DNA of 63,707 bases, counting the filler, from Octopus bimaculoides (lineage: Eukaryota): the NCBI RefSeq assembly GCF_001194135.2. It is 6 parts of 6 records of this genome, joined end to end, with 100 filler letters (N's around TTAATTAATTAA, not from the genome) between each part and the next. Parts side by side here need not be neighbours in the genome. Positions count along the whole stretch, not along the records: positions 48,677 to 60,317 come from NC_068989.1; positions 60,418 to 63,707 come from NC_068988.1; 4 more parts are not named here. One strand, 5' to 3'. Positions 52,911-63,707 of this stretch are shown piece by piece. A program made the position numbers and the translations under genes. The notes under the pieces were generated by a model, which was given only the letters and a program-made list of their open reading frames with translations, was not told the DNA's origin and did no database searches. Position 1 is the stretch's first letter. Each line of letters opens with the position of its first letter.

Positions 52911-53200
52911 TACACAGCCTGAAATAAAGATGAAATGGTTGTGGCTGGAATGCTCTTATCCAGAGCGCACCTGAGGCTAAAAAACGAAAACAGTATTGCT
53001 AATCACCGAAGAAGAAAGGCTGTCCAGTTAGGACACAAATACACACTCACTAACACATAACCTACTATTTTCATACGCATTCAATTTCCACTGAATCTTA
53101 TTTTCTTACTAAAGCGTTATCTACTTACAACTATATATGTTATATCATATCATATCGTATATCATATCGTATATCATATCATATGAGCCTTTAACGTATA

Positions 53201-53402
53201 CTCTTTTACTCTTTTACTTGTTTCAGTCATTTGACAAGTGGCCATGCTGGAGCACCGCCTTTAGTCGAGCAAATCGACCCCAGGACTTATTCTTTGTAAG
53301 CCTAGTACTTATTCTATCGGTCACTTTTGCCGAACCGCTAAGTTACAGGGACCTAAACACACCAGCATCGGTTGTCAAACGATGTTGGGGGGACAAACAC
53401 AA

Positions 53403-53435
<33 letters not shown>

Positions 53436-53598
53436 CAACGGGCTTCTTTCAGTTTTCGTCTACCAAATCCACTCACAAGGCTTTGGTCAGCCCGAGGCTA
53501 TAGTAGAAGACACTTGCTTAAGGTGCCACGCAGTGGGACTGAACCCGGAACCATGTGGTTCGGTAAGTAAGCTACTTACCACTCATCCACTCCTATGC
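53201..53598 (-). mobile_element. SINE family A, full length
   Basis: Reverse complement of the family consensus, from (CTCTTTTA)n to the head. Confidence 0.9.
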
Positions 53599-53845
53599 AT
53601 ATGTATTTAGTTGCTGCTAGTACATGTGCAGCAGGTCTGCGTAAAGTAATAATCCCAACCCAAATTTCCAAAACTTGAAGTGGATGAGAAGAAGCATTCT
53701 GGGTTAGGACGTTAGTCTATCAGAGGAAAATTGAACTCATCCTTTTATGTTATGGATCCCTCATTACTTTCACTGTGTTATCTCTGATTAAGAATGTGAA
53801 GTAAGTATATCAAACACAGCTGAAAGATAAGTATTGTGACCATGT

Positions 53846-54090
53846 GGAGGCGCGTGGCTTAGTGGTTAGGGTGTTGGACTTAGGATCGTAAGATTGTGAT
53901 TTCGGTTTCTGGACCGGGCGACACGTTGTGTTCTTGAGCAAAACACTTCGTTTCTCGTTGCTCCAGTCCACTCAGGTGGCAAAAAATGAGTAATCCTACG
54001 ACGGATCGGCGTCCCGTCCAGGTAGGGACTTTATACGTCATGGAAACCGGGAAACCGGCCCTTATAAGTCGGCATAACTCGAGAAGGTAA
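53846..54090 (+). mobile_element. tRNA-headed SINE family C (CORE/V-like)
   Basis: GGAGGCGCGTGGCTTAGTGGTTAGGGTGTTGGACT...TTGTGTTCTTGAGCAAAACACTT...GGCGTCCCGTCCAG. Confidence 0.75.
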
Positions 54091-55198
54091 TTTGCCTCTC
54101 CCCTTTTTTTTTAACCTTTTATTGTGACCTTACTCTAACTCTAATTGTCAGACGTGTATTTAAGTAAATAGACACAAGGTCACAAAATACTGCTGAAACA
54201 ACTGCCATTTATGTCAATACATGCATTTTNNNNNNNNNNNNNNNNNNNNNNNNNNNNNNNNNNNNNNNNNNNNNNNNNNNNNNNNNNNNNNNNNNNNNNN
54301 NNNNNNNNNNNNNNNNNNNNNNNNNNNNNNNNNNNNNNNNNNNNNNNNNNNNNNNNNNNNNNNNNNNNNNNNNNNNNNNNNNNNNNNNNNNNNNNNNNNN
54401 NNNNNNNNNNNNNNNNNNNNNNNNNNNNNNNNNNNNNNNNNNNNNNNNNNNNNNNNNNNNNNNNNNNNNNNNNNNNNNNNNNNNNNNNNNNNNNNNNNNN
54501 NNNNNNNNNNNNNNNNNNNNNNNNNNNNNNNNNNNNNNNNNNNNNNNNNNNNNNNNNNNNNNNNNNNNNNNNNNNNNNNNNNNNNNNNNNNNNNNNNNNN
54601 NNNNNNNNNNNNNNNNNNNNNNNNNNNNNNNNNNNNNNNNNNNNNNNNNNNNNNNNNNNNNNNNNNNNNNNNNNNNNNNNNNNNNNNNNNNNNNNNNNNN
54701 NNNNNNNNNNNNNNNNNNNNNNNNNNNNNNNNNNNNNNNNNNNNNNNNNNNNNNNNNNNNNNNNNNNNNNNNNNNNNNNNNNNNNNNNNNNNNNNNNNNN
54801 NNNNNNNNNNNNNNNNNNNNNNNNNNNNNNNNNNNNNNNNNNNNNNNNNNNNNNNNNNNNNNNNNNNNNNNNNNNNNNNNNNNNNNNNNNNNNNNNNNNN
54901 NNNNNNNNNNNNNNNNNNNNNNNNNNNNNNNNNNNNNNNNNNNNNNNNNNNNNNNNNNNNNNNNNNNNNNNNNNNNNNNNNNNNNNNNNNNNNNNNNNNN
55001 NNNNNNNNNNNNNNNNNNNNNNNNNNNNNNNNNNNNNNNNNNNNNNNNNNNNNNNNNNNNNNNNNNNNNNNNNNNNNNNNNNNNNNNNNNNNNNNNNNNN
55101 NNNNNNNNNNNNNNNNNNNNNNNNNNNNNNNNNNNNNNNNNNNNNNNNNNNNNNNNNNNNNNNNNNNNNNNNNNNNNNNNNNNNNNNNNNNNNNNNNN

Positions 55199-55700
55199 CT
55201 ATATTCACACTGCCAACAGTCACACTGTCTACAGTCACACTGCTTACAATCACACTACCTGAAGTACAAATTGTGTATACTCACACTGTCCATATTCACA
55301 TTGTATACCGTCATACGACATACAGAAACACAACCTACAGTCACACAGCCTATAATCACAATGCTTACAGTCACACTGCTCATAGTCATACTACATGCCG
55401 TTATATAACCAACAGTAACAACCTAGCTATTCTGCTTACAGTCACACTGCCTATAGTTACACGGCCTACAGTCACATTGCCTATGGTCACATTGCCTATG
55501 GTCACATTGCCTATGGTCACATTGCCTATGGTCACATTGCCTATGGTCACATTGCTTACACTTAGAGTGCGCACAGTTAAACACTCTATAGCTGTACTGC
55601 CCACAGTCACACTGCTTGTAGTCACATGATCTACACGCACACTGTCTACAGTCATACTGTCTACAATCGCACTGTCAGCAGCCACTCCGGCTACAGTCAC
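55199..55700. repeat. Degenerate 15-bp minisatellite running into a large gap
   Basis: Consensus ACAGTCACACTGCCT; about five near-perfect TATGGTCACATTGCC copies around 55480-55555. Confidence 0.9.
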
Positions 55701-56451
55701 GCAGGACCGCCTACTTTTAAGGGATTGCATGTGTTATTTGCATGCTAATTTTCTGGTGTTTTATTACATAATTTGGCAACGATCTGAAATAGCCTCGCCC
55801 TAATGCTAACCACCGCCGAAGATACCCCCACCGCCACCACCACCACCACCACCATCACCACCACCAACAACAACAATAATAATAAAAACACAACAACCAA
55901 CAACATCGCTGTCACCGCCACCACCGACAGCAAAACNNNNNNNNNNNNNNNNNNNNNNNNNNNNNNNNNNNNNNNNNNNNNNNNNNNNNNNNNNNNNNNN
56001 NNNNNNNNNNNNNNNNNNNNNNNNNNNNNNNNNNNNNNNNNNNNNNNNNNNNNNNNNNNNNNNNNNNNNNNNNNNNNNNNNNNNNNNNNNNNNNNNNNNN
56101 NNNNNNNNNNNNNNNNNNNNNNNNNNNNNNNNNNNNNNNNNNNNNNNNNNNNNNNNNNNNNNNNNNNNNNNNNNNNNNNNNNNNNNNNNNNNNNNNNNNN
56201 NNNNNNNNNNNNNNNNNNNNNNNNNNNNNNNNNNNNNNNNNNNNNNNNNNNNNNNNNNNNNNNNNNNNNNNNNNNNNNNNNNNNNNNNNNNNNNNNNNNN
56301 NNNNNNNNNNNNNNNNNNNNNNNNNNNNNNNNNNNNNNNNNNNNNNNNNNNNNNNNNNNNNNNNNNNNNNNNNNAATGTTACTTTATTTTATTGTCTTAT
56401 TTTATTTCTTTATTCAGAAAAATATATTTTTTAATCATGTTTTTTCAGTTC

Positions 56452-56508
<57 letters not shown>

Positions 56509-56982
56509 GATAATTTGTTAATTTGTCTTCGTTGAAACAACATTCGCTTATTTATTCATTACGGTAACTCAATCAATTTCATTCATTCATTCAGTTCAAT
56601 CAACCATTTGTTCATTTATTCAGCACGGCATTTCATTCATCTATTTAACCATTCATCCATCTTTTAATCTCATTCATTCATTCATTCGTCCCTTCCTTCA
56701 TTCATTCATTCGTTTACCCATTCAATGCAACCATACATTTTTAAAATTCATTCATTCAGGTATCCATTTCTCTATCCATTTATCAGTTTCCTTCCTTCCT
56801 TCCTTCATTCCTTCCTTCCTTTATTTAGTACTGCCATTCACTCATTCGTTCGTTCGTTCGTTCGTTCGTTCGCTCGTTCGTCCATTCATCAAACTAATTC
56901 ACTCCATCATACATGCAGAAAAAAGTTCAGGAATAGATAACTGACATCATCGTGTCCATTTCTTCCCTTGGAAGAGTAAACA

Positions 56983-57385
56983 GTAGCTGTGTGGTAAGTA
57001 GATTGCTTACCAACCACATGGTTTCGGGTTCAGTCCCACTGCGTGGCACCTTGGGCAAGTGTCTTCCACTATAGCCTCGGGCCGACTAATGCCTTGTGAG
57101 TGGATTTGGTAAACGGAAGCTGGAAGAAGCCCGTCTTATATGTATATATATATGTATATGTATGTGTGTGTGTGTTTGTGTGTCTGCTTGTCCCCCAAGC
57201 ATCGCTTGACAACCGATGATGGTGTGTTTACGTCCCCGTAACTTGCGGTTCGGCAAAAGAGACCGATAGAATAAGTACTAGGCTTACAAAGAATAAGCCC
57301 TGGGGGCGATTTGCTCGACTATAAAGGCGGTGCTGCAGCATGGCCACAGTCAAATGTCAAGTAAAAGAGTAAAAAAATAAAAGAG
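56983..57385 (+). mobile_element. SINE family A, full length, young
   Basis: Collinear with 16582-16985. Confidence 0.9.
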
Positions 57386-57869
57386 AAAGCATGCTCAGCG
57401 ACAATAGCGATCACAAAAACAAAAACAAAAAAACCCTTCAAAATGAAACAAACTAACCTATAAGAAAGACGATCTCTCTAATTTACAGCCTAAAATCGTA
57501 AGAGGGAGTCAACAGTACCATTGACCATAGCAAAAGTATGTGCAGAGATACGTTTTAGCTTTACAGATCAACCTACCTACCAGTGCCAAAAACTTTTACG
57601 TATATAATGAACTATCCTATGAAAACTATAGAACCAGCGGAGTAGAGGATACACTCACCAATACCAGAGAAGATCGAAGGTTGCTAAAGGATGATAAAGA
57701 TTCAGAGTCATTTAACGGACTCCGGTCTTCTAATAAACCGCAAGAAAAAGTGAACACCTCTAGTGACAACACTTGCTTTCTTAATAGTTACTACACTCCG
57801 TTAGGCGATCATCAGTGAACGACTGCTGAATATTCAGCTGGTGTACTCAGGAATCGTCACCCACATGAC

Positions 57870-58272
57870 ACAAATGAACTATTCAATCACCACGATGTGG
57901 ACGTGTGTTAACTGGTATACGTAGTGTGCCACACGAAACGAAACCGTGGCCGTCACTTGGAAGTGATTATGAGTTGGCAGCGTGTAGCAAGCCTTCACTA
58001 ATTGTTTCAAGTGCGAATGTAATTGAGAACAGAAATAGAGACTCCCTTGGCCCACGCACCACTTGCCGCAGAGGAACATCAGAAAGGTGGCAACTAGAAT
58101 TAAAGAGGGTTGCATCAGCGATCGGTTGGTCATCGTTTCAGTTAGGAAGACAGAAATTGTGTGAAATGGAAGTATCTTGCTCAAAAATACAATGCGCTGC
58201 TCGGTCAAGGAATTGAACCTACGATGCTATGAACGTCAGTGCAACACCCTGACCACTACGCCATGCGTCTCC
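57870..58272 (-). mobile_element. tRNA/CORE-headed SINE-like element with long body
   Basis: Minus-strand head TGGAGACGCATGGCGTAGTGGTCAGGGTGTTGCAC..GGTTCAATTCC..TTGAGCAAGATACTT. The 3' limit is uncertain. Confidence 0.6.
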
Positions 58273-58417
58273 AATGTATAGCATGTAATAAATATAGCAG
58301 TTTTTACATTGGCAACAGCTTTCACGAATCACACATTCATATTCGTAGATACAATCATACAAATGATTTATCCATTAGAAAAGATTTGATGAGATATAAT
58401 AGCCATGATATTACACC

Positions 58418-58440
58418 CATCCATCCATCCATCCATCCAT

Positions 58441-58476
<36 letters not shown>

Positions 58477-58528
58477 CCATTCACCCACCCATCCATCTAT
58501 CCATCTATCCATCCATCCATCCATCCAT
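58418..58528. repeat. (ATCC)n microsatellite
   Basis: Directly visible. Confidence 0.95.
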
Positions 58529-59394
58529 CTCCGTGCAGTACCCCTGGGAAGGTCGTTGGGGTACAACCTTCCGGAGCACATTTATGGGGTCCTATCCGAA
58601 GAAACCCACATTACACTTTTCTGTTGGATCCCCAATATTATTCAACTATTTTATTCTCGGTCTATGCTTAATTCTCTTGCCGATTAGCTCGGCTTGAAAA
58701 ATCTGTCTTGCGATTCTTTCTTGCGACATTCTAATTGCATGTCCGTAGTACCGGAGCTTTTGACCTCTCAATGTTGAGAAGTAGCAGGTTAAATCTGGAA
58801 AGACTCCCTGATCTTCGAACTTGTTGAGATCCTTCTGAGGGACTCTGTTTCAGCTGCTTGTATTCGCTATCGGGATGTAATCGAGAACAAAAATAGAGAC
58901 TTCCTTGGCCTTCGCACCCCTTACTGTAGAGGAACATCGGAAAGGTGACAACTAGATTTAAAGAGGGTACTGCACGGAGATGGACCGTACTCTTTCGGTC
59001 ATTACACAATATTCATGACTATAGCTGAAGATAGGTACGGAAACCAAATCGAAGATAATCAATGAAAACCTAATGAACGGAATATTGGAAATCTATGGAT
59101 TAACCCTGAACAGAGTATGACAGAGTATGACATGAGACAACAGTCAGCCAATCCTAAAGCGCACGATATTGCAAGAATCGCACAAAATTTGCATCCAATT
59201 AGAAGAAAGTAAAGAAAGGAAGAAACTTTAATATGTTCTATGTTAAGAGGTAAATGGGCTCTCTCTCTCTCTTTCTCTCTGAATATCTATCTGTCTGTCT
59301 TTCTCTGTCTGTCTGTCTCTCTCTCTCTATATATATATATATAATATATTATATATATATATATATATATGTATACATATAAGTACATATATAA

Positions 59395-59427
<33 letters not shown>

Positions 59428-59504
59428 NNNNNNNNNNNNNNNNNNNNNNNNNNNNNNNNNNNNNNNNNNNNNNNNNNNNNNNNNNNNNNNNNNNNNNNNA
59501 TATT

Positions 59505-59537
<33 letters not shown>

Positions 59538-59538
59538 G

Positions 59539-59587
<49 letters not shown>

Positions 59588-60417
59588 GTAGTGTCTAGCG
59601 CCACTCCGTTGCAATTTGCACCCGATATATATTACAAGTAGGGGAACGAAACTCCACCTTCTTCCAGCGACAGGACCACCAGACCGTACGATTTCAAGAT
59701 ATTTGTGTTCATCCTCGGTGGTGAATACCTGTCCGCTAGAGATACCAGTAGTTCGCGCACAGGTATGGTGATGCAAACAGCAAAAATAGAACTCAAAATA
59801 TGAATATATGTAAATCTTTATTAATATTTAGCAGAAGCAACAGAGTGACTCAAGGACCGAGGATTTCGTGCGTTGGCACTTATCAAACAAGTTACAGGTA
59901 GAAGAGGTGTAGGTTTATACAGCTGGTGAGAGTTATATTTTCCTCTGGATTGTTCTAGATTAAATTTTAAGAAACAATTACAAAGTCACGTTAACTCATA
60001 TATATATATGTATATATAATACAAATAATAAATGAGTATATGCATATATACGTACATGTATGTACATACCTACATCTATCTGTATATATAGATGCATATC
60101 TGGGTACAGGACGTTGCAAACAAAACAGACAAAATGAGGAACAGAGTACAGAAAACACACAGGCCACATAGAGAACATTTCCTTCATCAGCTGCCACCAT
60201 TCTAACACTGGCGTTTCGAAGAGTTAGGGCAGGACGCATCGTTAAAATGGCTCTTCCCACGGACCACAAATTAAATTTGTACCATGGAGGAATGTCGTGG
60301 CGGACAGAAAACAAGACNNNNNNNNNNNNNNNNNNNNNNNNNNNNNNNNNNNNNNNNNNNNTTAATTAATTAANNNNNNNNNNNNNNNNNNNNNNNNNNN
60401 NNNNNNNNNNNNNNNNN

Positions 60418-61005
60418 TACGTTTAGTAGAGTTATGGGCCTGTAATTACTAATGCTATCCCCCTTGCTTGGGTCCTTCTGGATCAGTGTCACAACTCCCC
60501 GGCTTACAGAACTGGGAATTCTCCCATTCTGCTACCAGTTTGCATAGACGTTCGCCAGGACATCCCCAAACAAGTCCGGCATTAAACGATAAAACTCGTA
60601 GGGCAGACCATCCAGTCCCGGAGACTTTCCCCCAGCGCACTCGGCCAGCACCCGTCTTACCTCCGCGGGAGTGATCGGGCCCTCACAGCATTCAGCCTCA
60701 CGTGCCGAGAGTCGAGGCCCGCCAGCTAGGAAGTCCCTTAAGGGTTCCCGCGCTCAAGCGGACCGCTCTCCCCGAACACCCGAGCAAAATGCTGGTGAAG
60801 GGCCTTTTGCATCTCCTCCTGTCCATAGATCCTGCGTCCCTGCCCGTCAGTTAAAGACTTAATACAGGACTTATTGCCCTTCTGACTCTCCACACGACGA
60901 GCCCATCTGGCTACGTTGATACCTTCTCGTTTCCCAGCGCGTAACTTCGCTCTGACTCGGCACCCTTCGTGCTTGGCATTGAGGTGACGGTACATTTCAA
61001 CTATC
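60418..61005 (-). mobile_element. L1/Tx1-clade LINE ORF2 fragment (linker + RT start), cut by a gap
   Basis: KHEGCRVRAK...IKSLTDGQG...HFARVFG; GPITPAEVRRVLAECAGGKSPGLDGLPYEFY...GVVTLIQKDPSKGDSISNYRPITLLN; one in-frame stop. Confidence 0.85.
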
Positions 61006-61274
61006 GTATACATTGACTACGAACTGGTATTTATCATCCTTGTGTCTGAACTTTCTTCTTACGTCATTTTAGACTCTTTCTATGCTCTGTAGTTATCGCA
61101 CACGCATACATCCATGTTTGTACACACATACACATGACGTATACATGACGCACACACAGACACACATGTTAACCAATCAATAAAATCTTCTCTTAAACAT
61201 TCTACTCGGTTGTGTTTCTCTTTTCCTTCTGGCATTTATACTCATTTATCCTTGCGCCATCTGTGCGAATTGAG

Positions 61275-62752
61275 TGATGATCCTACTGACGTGCCTTTTT
61301 TGCAAAAAATATTTTTTTCTAGGTTGCTGTCGAACGTGCAGACAATTCTGGCCATGGATGGCTCTCGAGCATAAAACCGTTGACCAGATCGCCACTATGG
61401 CAGAGAAAATTTTGGAATTTTCGTACAGCCCTCGTCGCGTGGTGCTTGCGCTTGTTCTGAGGTTTCTTTGACAAACTCTGTTAAATTCTCTCCCTCGTCA
61501 CATGAGATTTCCGAGAAGCTAGACACACTCATACAGTGGATGAACGCACTGTGCAGAGATAACCGACGTCTTTCGCGTTCTCGTAGTCGCAATCGTTCTG
61601 CCTCTCGTGCCTCTCTGTTACACTCTGGTCTGTGTTGGTACCATGCAAGATTTGCAGAAAAAGCCCACAAATGTATTCAGCCTTGTAGCTTTAAGTCGTC
61701 GGGAAACGAGTCTCGGAGGAACTGAGCATGTCAACTTCCTCCTTCATTTTCTACTCATCATGCATTCTTCATAAAATATTTGGTGTCTAAGAAACTCTTC
61801 ATGGTTGATACCGGTTCTTCTTGCAGTATTTGGCCTCTTCGTCTCACTACAGACAGGCCTAAGCGTTCTGCCATTGTTTTGCACGCAATCAACTCGTCTT
61901 CTATTGCTACTTTTGGTCAGATTTCTTTATGCCTGGATATCAATCTTCGTCGAGATTTTCAATGGGTTTTTGTCGTAGCTGACATACCGCATCCTATTCT
62001 GGGAGCTGATTTTTTGAACCACTTTAATCTATTGGTAGATGTCAGGAGACAGAGGTTTGTCGACGGTTCTACGTCATTCTCTACTCCGACCAGAGGTTCT
62101 ACCAATGCGGTTCTTAGCCCGGCATTTTTTGTTGCCACCGCTAGAGGTGATTTTCATTCTCTTTTGGTTTCTTTTCCAGAGCTGGTAGATCATACTTTTC
62201 ATTCGGCAAAGCCTGCGCACTCGACCCTCCACTTTATTACCACCACTGGGCCACCTGTTTTTTCTCGCCCACAGCGTCTTGCACATGACTGTCTAAAAAC
62301 GGCTAGGGCCGAGTTTGAGCACATACTCCAACTTGGACTGATATGCCCCTCCAGCAGCCCATGGGCATCTCCCCTTCATTTGGCGTGTAAAGGGGATTCT
62401 GATTTTCACCCGGTGGGGTATTATAGGCGTCTGAATGCAGTTACGGTACCTGACCGATATCCTATAAAAAACCCTCAAGATCTTCAGCAAATCTTCATGG
62501 CTGTACCATCTTTTCTAAAGTTGACCTCATTCGCACCTATCATCAGATACCAGTCAAACCAGCTGCTATTCCAAAAACTGCCATTACCACTCCTTTTGGT
62601 TGTTTTGAGTTTCTGAATATGAGTTTTGGTTTGCGGAACACTACCAGTACGTTGCAGCATTTCATTGACGAAGTTGTCCGCTGACTTGATTTTATGTTTG
62701 CTTACGTTGATGTTTGCTTACGTTGATGTTTGCTTACGTTGATGTTTGCTTA
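61275..62752 (+). mobile_element. Gypsy LTR retrotransposon A: gag end, protease, RT up to YVD, decayed
   Basis: CWYHARFAEKAHKCIQPCSF; FMVDTGSSCS; ILGADFL; PSSSPWASPLHL; [15 protein letters not shown]; FGLRN; FAYVD; frameshifts and stops. Confidence 0.9.
62695..62752 (+). repeat. 16-bp tandem repeat (3.6 copies) at the RT YVDD codons
   Basis: TGTTTGCTTACGTTGA x3 plus TGTTTGCTTA. Confidence 0.95.
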
Positions 62753-63707
62753 GTGCAAATTCAAAGACAAGGACGAAAGGATTGTTGATCAACTTATATG
62801 GGGGTGTGCTCATAAAGAAGTCCAGAAATCCCTCATCGGTAAGGACGCTCTCCAGTTGGCAGAAGCAGTAGACACTGCAAGAGTATTCGAAGCCACTACC
62901 AAACAAATGGCCTCACTCACTCTGCAAACAAACACAACAGGCAGCAGTGTAGATATTGTATCTAGATGTGGGACGAAACAAACCCACAAACAGAGAACAT
63001 GCCAGTACTGTGGTACAGAGCATGAGTTCAATGACAGGAGGAAATGTCCTGCATACGGTACACACTGCAAAGCATGTGGAAAACCCAACCAGTGGGGGAA
63101 AATGTGCAGACTAGCAAAGTCTCAAAAATATAAGCCCCAATTTTCAAAGTGGAGTGGAAAAAGAAGACAAAGATATACATGCCCAACATCGCAAAGAAAA
63201 TACTTCAGAGGAGGAATTCTTGGCAGTCGGCATAATGAATATAAATGAAATGGGAAATAACAACCAAAAGAAAAATGAGGCATACACAACTATAGAAATT
63301 CAGAAGAAGTCAGGCAGGAAACGAACATACATTGACCTGAAGCTGAAGACTGACACTGGAGCCCATAGTAATATCCTACCTGTCAACCTCTACAAAAAGA
63401 TGTTCCCAGAACACTTGATACATGAGCATAAAGTCAAAGAAGGAATCCTCACACCAAGTGATGTAATCCTCACTGCATACGGAGGTACCAGGATTCCACA
63501 ACTGGGCAAAACAACCATCACAGGGACACACAAAGGAAAAACGATCAAGTGTTCCTTTTATATCACAAAAACAGATGGACCTGCAATTCTTGGACTTGAT
63601 ACCTGTCGAAAGCTGAATATTGTGTCAATCAACGGTGAAGTGAAGGCAGCTCCAAGCAGGATTGACAGAGATATGCCTATCAAGAACCGACCATCAATCA
63701 CAAATAA
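62753..63707 (+). mobile_element. Gypsy LTR retrotransposon B: gag C-terminus with Zn knuckles and aspartic protease, open at window end
   Basis: CKFKDKDERIVDQLIWG...AVDTARVFEAT; CQYCGTEH; CPAYGTHCKACGKPNQWGKMC; then in the +1 frame LKTDTGAHSNILP...AILGLDTCRKL with no stop to 63707. Confidence 0.9.

Noticed and set aside
54180-55629. Long ORFs of 200-470 aa (also 1103-2005, 21332-22299, 25537-26442, 27174-28319, 33758-34325)
   Set aside because: They are open only because they run through N-gaps.
57540-57818. Possible Tc1 N-terminal remnant (YRTSGVED...TREDRRLL)
   Set aside because: Only a loose resemblance; no catalytic motif or TIR was found.
60100-60290. Hammerhead from CTGATGAAGG and GAAAC motifs (also 24541-24612, minus)
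   Set aside because: These are related repeats, but the motifs are in the wrong order or lack pairing stems; no complete fold could be built.

Overview
This is eukaryotic, AT-rich, microsatellite-dense genomic DNA from a gapped draft assembly. The SINE and RTE families look like those of octopus (inference from repeat content). I found no convincing host protein-coding exon, rRNA or tRNA gene; the long ORFs in the track are artefacts of N-gaps or microsatellites. The window is a transposon graveyard. It holds at least three tRNA-headed SINE families, RTE-type LINE 3' ends with a modular repeated UTR, and maT (DD37D) and mariner transposase remnants. It also holds three Penelope-like element (PLE) pieces (one near full length), two R4/Dong-like LINE 3' fragments, an L1/Tx1 fragment, and two different Gypsy elements fused at the right end. 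The most interesting signals are: (1) hammerhead-ribozyme folds, one with an intact canonical core (21261-21351, minus) and one with a compensatory U3-A8 core at the 3' end of the PLE (40363-40406, minus); (2) a CpG-decay contrast between the left ~21 kb and the rest, suggesting a methylated gene body on the left; (3) a chimeric Gypsy-Gypsy junction with 16-bp tandem copies at the RT active-site codons. Assembly artefacts include an Illumina adapter remnant, TTAATTAATTAA gap markers and overlaps duplicated across 10-N gaps. I cannot establish a new biological system from sequence alone; the ribozyme-bearing repeats are the best candidates.
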